From positions 106,509-170,508 of the forward strand of contig CAZYXJ010000001.1 in the NCBI GenBank assembly GCA_964651115.1: a stretch of 64,000 nucleotides of DNA. Direction: 5' to 3'. Each line of letters begins with the position of its first letter. Positions within the stretch are counted from its first letter, which is position 1. Both the position numbers and the translations under genes were made by a program. The notes under the pieces are model-generated. The model saw only the letters and a list, made by a program, of their open reading frames with translations, was not told the origin of the DNA and searched no databases. Origin of the DNA: an uncultured Candidatus Saccharibacteria bacterium (GTDB taxonomy: Bacteria > Patescibacteriota > Minisyncoccia > Phycocordibacterales > JACOZG01). This document shows positions 57,838 through 64,000 of this stretch, in pieces.

Positions 57838-58134
57838 GTGGGTAAGTTGTCTCAACAGACAACCAGGAGCCTTGTTATAGAAGCATCTTCAGAAAATTGT
57901 TCAAAAGAACGCCGAGAAGAAATTCGCGGCGAGCTCATGAGAGCAATCGATTTCACAGAGGAAGACAGTCTCTATCGTGGACCCGTTGCCATCACGAGAG
58001 AATTGTTTCTCCAAGCAACGGAGGCGAACCCCCGACACCTTCTTGGTTTATTGCCTATGTTCCTTATGATGTGCGGTAATGGGGTCGAAGGGGAAAAGAA
58101 CCTCACCGCCAAAATCGATTGGTCTCTCGTATAA
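57838..58134 (+). CDS. Hypothetical protein (ORFan cassette)
   Basis: TTGACA-N17-TATGGT at 57747-57775; SD-like AAAGGGCGG; GTG start; long terminator hairpin. Confidence 0.55.
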   Translation: MGKLSQQTTRSLVIEASSENCSKERREEIRGELMRAIDFTEEDSLYRGPVAITRELFLQATEANPRHLLGLLPMFLMMCGNGVEGEKNLTAKIDWSLV

Positions 58135-58196
58135 AGCCCGCTCCGGCGACGAACGGAAACCTTCCGTTTGTCGTATCGGCGGCGGGTTTTCTTTTT
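58133..58196 (+). terminator. Long (~60 nt) hairpin terminator
   Basis: AAAGCCCGCT-CCG-GCGACGAACGGAA-ACC-TTCCGTTTGTCGT..CGG.GGCGGGTTTT followed by CTTTTT. Confidence 0.7.
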
Positions 58197-58207
58197 CCAA
58201 AAAGTTC

Positions 58208-58233
58208 TCCTCCTTCGCTTAAGCTTCGGAGGA
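58208..58233. repeat. Short REP-like imperfect palindrome
   Basis: TCCTCC-TTC-GCTTAAGC-TTC-GGAGGA. Confidence 0.5.
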
Positions 58234-58288
58234 CAGGTCACATCCTCAACCAGGTGGAGCCAGTTTCGAATTTTGATATACTTCGCTT

Positions 58289-58798
58289 ATGAAAATACCA
58301 TTCTTGCTTCTACTCGACGGCATGACTGGCTCAGGCAAAACGACCACTTCCGAACTTCTTGCTAAGCAGATTCCAAGATTGGCAACCATCGGCATTGATC
58401 GAGTCAAACTATTTCTTTCTGATTTTGAACGTGGTGACAGAGACAACGATATTGCCAGGGACATTATTCTATCGATGACACAAATATATTTTGATAACAA
58501 TATATCTGTTATTGTCGATCAACCCATCAGAACGCGAGAAATTAACGTGTACGAAGCTATTGCGAAAAAATATTCCGTTCCGATCTATAAAATTCAGCTT
58601 GTGACATCGCCCGAAAATGCATTTAAGCGAATAGTTAACCGAATGAAGACTTGGACCAACCCCACCTCCGAGGAGCAAGTCAAAAAGAATATCTCATTCT
58701 TTAAAAGTAAAAAAGATATGGGTTTTACTCAAATAGATACCACCGCCCTACAACCTAATCAAGTTGCCGAACAAATAATCGAATTACTTAATTCCTAA
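58289..58798 (+). CDS. P-loop kinase (AAA_33-like)
   Basis: Walker A GMTGSGKTT, VIVD, lid R...R, IDTT. Confidence 0.8.
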   Translation: MKIPFLLLLDGMTGSGKTTTSELLAKQIPRLATIGIDRVKLFLSDFERGDRDNDIARDIILSMTQIYFDNNISVIVDQPIRTREINVYEAIAKKYSVPIYKIQLVTSPENAFKRIVNRMKTWTNPTSEEQVKKNISFFKSKKDMGFTQIDTTALQPNQVAEQIIELLNS

Positions 58799-58891
58799 TT
58801 TTCCCTTATTATTGACAATATATACTTTGCAGTGTATAAAGCTGAAAGCTCTTTCACACAACCAAGGCCGATAAGGCGAAAGGAGTTAGTC

Positions 58892-59398
58892 ATGAGGTGG
58901 AAAAAGTTCCGTAAGCTGCAAGCTCAATACCCCTTCCTCGAACACGATCTGGGCTGGGGCTGTGTACTACCCAAAATCAAAAAGTTCGTCAGGACAAAGG
59001 TCGACTACATTGCCTTCCGTCCGTTCGACGAGCTCGAACTGAACGCAAAGCCAGTCTCGACCGGCACACCGCTCCAGAGCGATTACGTCCACGTAAAGAT
59101 GGTGGAGTACTACAAGACAGTCGACTACCACCTGATTTTCCACATTGAGGGCGAGGAGCAAGGTGCTCGCCTCCGCTACGTGACCGACCAAATCGGAGAC
59201 GGCAGCATCCAAGCTCACATCGACGATGTCACCAAATGGTTTGAGGGTTGCGAACTCTTTCGCGGCAAGAAACTCATCTGGGAACGCGTCATCAAACAGG
59301 CCACGAGCGGGAGCACGCTGATGGGCATGTCCAACATGAGCTTGGAAATCTATGAATTTCCCCCAACGCTCAATCCCGCTCAACAGAAGGTCGCCTAA
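58892..59398 (+). CDS. Hypothetical protein (ORFan cassette)
   Basis: TTGACA-N17-TATAAA at 58812-58840; SD AAGGAG 6 nt upstream of ATG 58892. Confidence 0.6.
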   Translation: MRWKKFRKLQAQYPFLEHDLGWGCVLPKIKKFVRTKVDYIAFRPFDELELNAKPVSTGTPLQSDYVHVKMVEYYKTVDYHLIFHIEGEEQGARLRYVTDQIGDGSIQAHIDDVTKWFEGCELFRGKKLIWERVIKQATSGSTLMGMSNMSLEIYEFPPTLNPAQQKVA

Positions 59399-59435
59399 CT
59401 CGCGACCCAACCGCCTCAACAAAAGAGAACCATCT

Positions 59436-59759
59436 CTACGTTGAGGTGGTTTTCTTTTTGGCCAGTTTATTCAAAATATATTTCTGCGACGGACTAATTG
59501 TTTTATCTCGACGGTGGACACAACCCAGCCAACAACAGGGCCGGCGCTTGCCGCCACCAAGATCGGTCACTGCTCTCTGGAGATGCTTGTTTCTCGTCTC
59601 TATCGTCTCAACCGAGATCACCCAACAAATCCATTCGTTACGCGCCAGTGGCGTAATGCTTTCCCAAGTAGCCAGAGCCTTGGGAGCAGCGAGCAGGGCC
59701 CGGCGCAAGTCAGCGGGCAGTTGGTGCGCCGGGCCGCCAGAAATTTTTTTCTTAACCAT
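59436..59759 (-). CDS. YdeI/OmpD-associated family protein
   Basis: LPADL..AL.......W..ITPLARNEWICWV......TR, RRPCCW.GC.HR. Confidence 0.85.
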   Translation of the reverse strand: MVKKKISGGPAHQLPADLRRALLAAPKALATWESITPLARNEWICWVISVETIETRNKHLQRAVTDLGGGKRRPCCWLGCVHRRDKTISPSQKYILNKLAKKKTTST

Positions 59760-59845
59760 CGTTAACCATTTTAGCAGGTCTTGTTAAAGCGGTTTTCTTT
59801 TTGATAATTGTGGTGTAAGGTAGAAAATAGAAAGGAAGGATCAAA

Positions 59846-60370
59846 ATGTCTCTGTTACCGCCTCTATACATAGGTAGTGTCGTCAAGGTAATTGGCGACC
59901 ATTGTGATTTTTTGGGCAAAGAAGGCCAGGTTGTGGGCTTAGAATCAGCAGAAAAGGAAGGGGGTAAGGAGATCGCCCGCGTCTGGTTTGGCCGGGAAAT
60001 CGATTATCTAAACGACCGCCGAATACAGGATGATCTGGGACCACACGCAATTGAGCCCCCACCATCCAACAAGCAAGCTGACGATCCTCGAACTTGGTCC
60101 TACTCCCGCGACGATCTAACGATCTGCTCCACGTGGAGCATGAAAACCCTAGCCACCAGATACTTTGGCAATCACTGGAATTGCTGGCAAGAACCGCTGA
60201 CACTCTTTGTCTCCGGGACTAATCCCTGCCAAGTTGCCAAATGCCCCCAACTGTCTGTCCGGCGGATTATCGTTAACATTTGGGGCACAGTCTGCACCGC
60301 TGATGTCTGCACTGCCTGCGCGGTCAAATATCACGGAAGAATGTTTGAGATCTTCCCCTGGCGTCAGTAA
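59846..60370 (+). CDS. Hypothetical protein, KOW/SH3-like N-terminus and Cys-rich C-terminus (ORFan cassette)
   Basis: IGSVVKVIG....GKEGQVVG; C...C and C..C; SD AAGGAAGGA; terminator at 60383-60410. Confidence 0.55.
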   Translation: MSLLPPLYIGSVVKVIGDHCDFLGKEGQVVGLESAEKEGGKEIARVWFGREIDYLNDRRIQDDLGPHAIEPPPSNKQADDPRTWSYSRDDLTICSTWSMKTLATRYFGNHWNCWQEPLTLFVSGTNPCQVAKCPQLSVRRIIVNIWGTVCTADVCTACAVKYHGRMFEIFPWRQ

Positions 60371-60382
60371 GGACAGCCAACG

Positions 60383-60410
60383 AACCCCTAGACGGAAAAG
60401 TCTAGGGGTT
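60383..60410. terminator. Hairpin terminator between convergent genes
   Basis: AACCCCTAGAC-GGAAAA-GTCTAGGGGTT. Confidence 0.75.
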
Positions 60411-60421
60411 TAATCTTGGCA

Positions 60422-60622
60422 CTAAGCGGCTTCCCACTTCTGCTTCATTTCCCGACCCCATTTTTGGGGATCCTCGGCATGCATTTTCTCCATTTCACTA
60501 GCGACTTCGGGATGATTATTAATGACGTGCTCCGTCATTACTTTAACCATTTCGTCCCAAGTCTCAGCCCTAAGCTCCTCATCGCAACTGCCGCCTAATT
60601 CCCGACAAGTTAAAGTTTTCAT
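60422..60622 (-). CDS. DUF1059-family small protein
   Basis: MKTLTCRELGGSC.....AET.DE......H....H. Confidence 0.85.
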   Translation of the reverse strand: MKTLTCRELGGSCDEELRAETWDEMVKVMTEHVINNHPEVASEMEKMHAEDPQKWGREMKQKWEAA

Positions 60623-60740
60623 GTCTCCACCTTACACTTCAGAAATGAAAGGGGCGTGAATGACTTTACCGCTGGAGAGTTGTACGGTAGTCTAAAAAAC
60701 AGACCCGATCTTAAGGCCCATCAAGATAAGGAGAACGGCC

Positions 60741-61193
60741 GTGCCTCAACCTTTTCGTTCCCAAGGGTTCTTCATTGCCGGGAGTAGCCATACTCCCAAC
60801 CCCAGCAAGCTGCCCGCGCCCACAAAACAGTGCCGAGTAATCTGGCTAAGTTTGTTAAACCGAAGTTATAAGTGCGGGCATCGCAACAGCCGCCGCTTTC
60901 GGGTCAGCGCCTTCGGTCGGGAGACCAAAAATATCTCCCAAATCGAGCGCTGTCCCACCTGCTTTCTGGAGTGGATAAAGCAGCACACGATCTTCTGCGC
61001 GCTGTGTGGCTTGCCCATTATGTCGGGAGACCCAGTTGTTCTGTATGATGATATGGTGGGAGTAAGGGAGGAAGCAACCCGATTTGGCAACAGCGTTTTT
61101 TGCTGCACGCGGAATAATTGTTCTCCTGCGGCAGTTGATATCCCTTCCGGCCACTGGTCCACCGAGGGATTTAAACCATTAATTATCGGGTAA
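60741..61193 (+). CDS. Cys-rich putative Zn-binding protein (ORFan cassette)
   Basis: CGH, CPTC, CALC, CC...C; SD AAGGAG; terminator at 61204-61227. Confidence 0.55.
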   Translation: MPQPFRSQGFFIAGSSHTPNPSKLPAPTKQCRVIWLSLLNRSYKCGHRNSRRFRVSAFGRETKNISQIERCPTCFLEWIKQHTIFCALCGLPIMSGDPVVLYDDMVGVREEATRFGNSVFCCTRNNCSPAAVDIPSGHWSTEGFKPLIIG

Positions 61194-61203
61194 ATACCAA
61201 CCA

Positions 61204-61227
61204 AGCCCGGGTCTTACGACCCGGGCT
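61204..61227. terminator. Hairpin terminator
   Basis: AGCCCGGGTC-TTAC-GACCCGGGCT. Confidence 0.75.
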
Positions 61228-61251
61228 GTTCCATTTTTAAGCTAAAGAAAT

Positions 61252-61599
61252 TTATGGCGTCGGCAAAACGAGCGTCGTCGCTTCGATAATCTTATTAGTC
61301 GACGGTCGATAGAGAATCACCTTGCGTGTCGCCGCGAAAACCAAAATTTTGTCACCATTTTCGGCTTGAGCAAAAAATGGTTCGTTGGCCACCCGACTCT
61401 GATCAACCACCGTCGCCACACCCGGCACCTCATCTGGCACCATCATCAACTCGCCCACCCGGTCGCGCAGCTCCACCGCCTCACGCTCCACCGCCGCGCT
61501 ACCAGAGTCAACTTGGTGCCCCTGCCCCAAGCGATAGGCCACCACCAAGCCAACCAAGATAATTACTGCGACAATTAATTGTTTTTTAGTCATATTCAT
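61252..61599 (-). CDS. Membrane-anchored conserved hypothetical protein
   Basis: TM followed by 'P.E.P.VATV.D......PFF..A.NGDK.L......ILYRP..NKII'. Confidence 0.65.
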   Translation of the reverse strand: MNMTKKQLIVAVIILVGLVVAYRLGQGHQVDSGSAAVEREAVELRDRVGELMMVPDEVPGVATVVDQSRVANEPFFAQAENGDKILVFAATRKVILYRPSTNKIIEATTLVLPTP

Positions 61600-61608
61600 G
61601 AATATAGT

Positions 61609-63333
61609 TTACTTGCCTTTTTCGATCCGTTCAATCTGTTTGGCGACATACTTCTCCAAGGCGTCAATATTGCGCTCCAATTCCGCCACCACCACCTCCT
61701 GCTCTTTAGACAGCGGCCGATCGCTACGGGCAGATTGTAAGAGAGACAGATGAGCTGTTAAATCTTCTTTGACGAGACCAAAGGCACGATGGATGCCATC
61801 ACGCGCCACTCGCGCGCGGCGCCGGACCCGATAACGGTAGACGCTAATGCCGTACCACAGGACGTAAACAACAAAGACAAGAAGGAGACAAGAGCCAACA
61901 ACTGGCACAATAATCGACAAATACTTCATCACCCACGGACCATACTGCGCCACCACCGAATCAGTAATTTCAATCGTCGAGGCGGCAGAACGAGCACTTA
62001 GAGGACCGGACGGACCAATCACTTCCGCGGAGATCTGCCAGCGACCCGCTCGATCAAGGTCCCCGGTCCAAGAAAAGGCGCCGGCATCATCGGCTACCAC
62101 CGTTACTGGTCGACGGAGTGATCCTTCGAATTCCGCCAAGATCGAAACGCTCGCGCCGGCGCCCACTCCCCGTCCTGTAACTGTAAATTCTTGATTGGCC
62201 GGAACGCTGGTCGGCACAAAGTCGAGAGTTGGAGCAGGATCAAGCGGCACCTCCAAAGCCAACTCAGACTCCGCGGTGTTACCCGCCCGATCAATAACTC
62301 GAACCACAACTTCGTGCTGACCAGGTTTATTAAAGGCCAAGCGATAAGCGCCATCCTTGACTGACTCAGCCGCCACCTTAACTGGCGCATCAGCCCCCAC
62401 CGCAATTTGATACTCAGCAATTCCCGAAGTTGCATCCTCTGCCGCCAGCTTAAAGTCAATCGCCCGCTCGATAGTATTGTAAGACGCCAAGGCGCGTAAA
62501 TTCTTCGGCGGCGTTAGATCGATCTTGATCGGGAAATGCGCAATGCCGCCCCAGCCAGCGGAGTTCTGGAAACGAAGATGGAAGTACCACGTCCCGTCAG
62601 TTAAGTCCTTGAGCGTTTTGCTGGCGATCGCCGGTTGATAATTTACATAAGGGACCGAATTAGGAAAGCTGCCCAGCAGAGTTTGGGCGGCGGTCACGCC
62701 AGCTGGCACCGTCCAAGTTAACTCAGCCACCGGAGCCGAATACCAGGTCGCCGAATCGGGGTGGGTCTTGGAAACAATTTTAGGCGTCGCCGGAACAGCC
62801 GGCGACGCGATCACCGGCCAACTGGCCACAACTGGAGTCACCGCAGGAACCGTGGTCCCCGATCCCAGCGCGACAGTAATTGGAGCTGGGTCGTTAGTTA
62901 AAACATCCGTCCCCTGGCCATCATTGGCTCGAACAGCCGAAGAGGCCGTGACGATAGAAGCACTCCCACTCTGCTTGGCGCGAAAAATGATCGTCAAAAC
63001 CTGACCCGTCTGTCCGCTGTAGCCCGGATTGGGAATGCCGCCGTTAAAAATTACTTCTCCTGCAGCATTAGAAAACGAAGGACCCTCCACCCACAGTGGC
63101 AAAATGGATCGATCCTTATTAATCGACACTACTTCCAAAAGATCGGTCGGAAACTTAATCGTCCCTTCCACTGCATTGATCGCCACGCCGCCAGTATTGA
63201 CGGAGACCGTCAGCGTCACCAGATCACCTACGCCAAAAGAGCTCGCCGAGGGAGTGAGCTGGAGCGTAGCCGCGCGCACCAAACCCACAGGCAAGACCAA
63301 CGCCAACAAAATACTTAAGATAAATCGCTTCAT
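61609..63333 (-). CDS. Cohesin-domain surface protein with Ig-like repeats and C-terminal TM
   Basis: Signal peptide, 'INAVEGTIKFPTDLLEV...W...P...G...F.GG.P.PG' cohesin, 'SKTHPD...WY', 'DRAGN'. Confidence 0.8.
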   Translation of the reverse strand: MKRFILSILLALVLPVGLVRAATLQLTPSASSFGVGDLVTLTVSVNTGGVAINAVEGTIKFPTDLLEVVSINKDRSILPLWVEGPSFSNAAGEVIFNGGIPNPGYSGQTGQVLTIIFRAKQSGSASIVTASSAVRANDGQGTDVLTNDPAPITVALGSGTTVPAVTPVVASWPVIASPAVPATPKIVSKTHPDSATWYSAPVAELTWTVPAGVTAAQTLLGSFPNSVPYVNYQPAIASKTLKDLTDGTWYFHLRFQNSAGWGGIAHFPIKIDLTPPKNLRALASYNTIERAIDFKLAAEDATSGIAEYQIAVGADAPVKVAAESVKDGAYRLAFNKPGQHEVVVRVIDRAGNTAESELALEVPLDPAPTLDFVPTSVPANQEFTVTGRGVGAGASVSILAEFEGSLRRPVTVVADDAGAFSWTGDLDRAGRWQISAEVIGPSGPLSARSAASTIEITDSVVAQYGPWVMKYLSIIVPVVGSCLLLVFVVYVLWYGISVYRYRVRRRARVARDGIHRAFGLVKEDLTAHLSLLQSARSDRPLSKEQEVVVAELERNIDALEKYVAKQIERIEKGK

Positions 63334-64000
63334 ATTTTTTTAGCCACGCGCCACACCACCAAAATTAAAATCGCCACCAGCAACAAGAGCGGCGCCAGTG
63401 GCACCGGCGGCGCCTCGGGTCCACGCAGAACCACCGTCTGAGTATTGCCAGCTAGGTCAGTCGTTCGAAGACTCAAGAAAGCTGAGCGTTCAGCGGCACC
63501 CAGCACATAAGGACTCGTCACGGGCACAAACTTACCCATCCCGAGCGCGAGCTCCGTCTTAGCTACTCCCGTTCCCTGATCAATGGCATAGAAGCTGACA
63601 AACGGCTGACCATCGTAAATCGAAGGATCGTCTCCAATCTCGGCCGTCAGTTTGGGCTGAGACAAATCCAACGATCGAACACCCCCATAACTTCCCGCGG
63701 CCTCGGCAACAACTAACGAAGTCTGACTTCGAGCCAAGGCCTCGGGGGTACCAGCACCATCCATCCGATAAACTCTCGCCGCGCCAATCTCTAACTGGCG
63801 TTCGCCGATTGTCTCTGGTACAAAAGTAATCTTAGCCACCAAAACATCGCTCCCCGCCCGCACCCCTGCTGGCGCCCCGCCGATAAAAGTAATCTTCCCT
63901 TCGCCTGGATGATAGACCGGCGACTGGGGCCAAAGAGAAAAAGCTGAATCCGCTACCGAAAGTTCAATTTGGCCAAGCGAAGAATAATCACCCAAAGCGA
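63330..64000 (-). CDS. Cohesin-domain surface protein, C-terminal part (starts beyond the window)
   Basis: 'SAFSLWPQSP...G.I.F.GG.P.G', 'F.A.D...GV', 'DLAGN', C-terminal TM. Confidence 0.7.
   Translation of the reverse strand, partial: ALGDYSSLGQIELSVADSAFSLWPQSPVYHPGEGKITFIGGAPAGVRAGSDVLVAKITFVPETIGERQLEIGAARVYRMDGAGTPEALARSQTSLVVAEAAGSYGGVRSLDLSQPKLTAEIGDDPSIYDGQPFVSFYAIDQGTGVAKTELALGMGKFVPVTSPYVLGAAERSAFLSLRTTDLAGNTQTVVLRGPEAPPVPLAPLLLLVAILILVVWRVAKKI

Overview
This window looks like chromosome from a small-genome bacterium of the Patescibacteria/CPR, probably Parcubacteria. That placement is inferred from the compact core genes, two mreB paralogs, short ProS/Fmt/HolB, a helicase-degenerate PriA and CPR-type surface proteins. 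Standard genetic code. 1-39 kb is core genome: dcw (mraZ-rsmH-ftsL-ftsI), lysS, greA, mreBC-pbp2, proS, rseP, frr, priA-def-fmt, pyk, eno, gpmI, uppP, queA and csrA, plus a REP-associated tyrosine transposase with its own palindromes. An ~18.4 kb AT-richer island is integrated at the 3' end of tRNA-Asn(GTT), bounded by the 8-bp direct repeat CGCGGAGC (39327-39334 and 57734-57741). It carries a large serine recombinase, a Rep-like wHTH protein, a ~61-bp-period non-coding array, a type I R-M system with embedded accessory genes, a Fic protein and a CsoR-CopA copper module. Top finding: the att core lies inside the recombinase ORF. The integrated enzyme ends in a 10-aa tail read from the tRNA antisense strand, whereas excision would fuse it in frame to a different 39-aa tail stored at the far end of the island. 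Second theme: many native genes appear leaderless (TANNNT-N6-8-ATG), while scattered ORFan cassettes and csrA carry -35/-10 promoters, Shine-Dalgarno sites and their own terminators. All product calls come from motif recognition only; no database searches were run.
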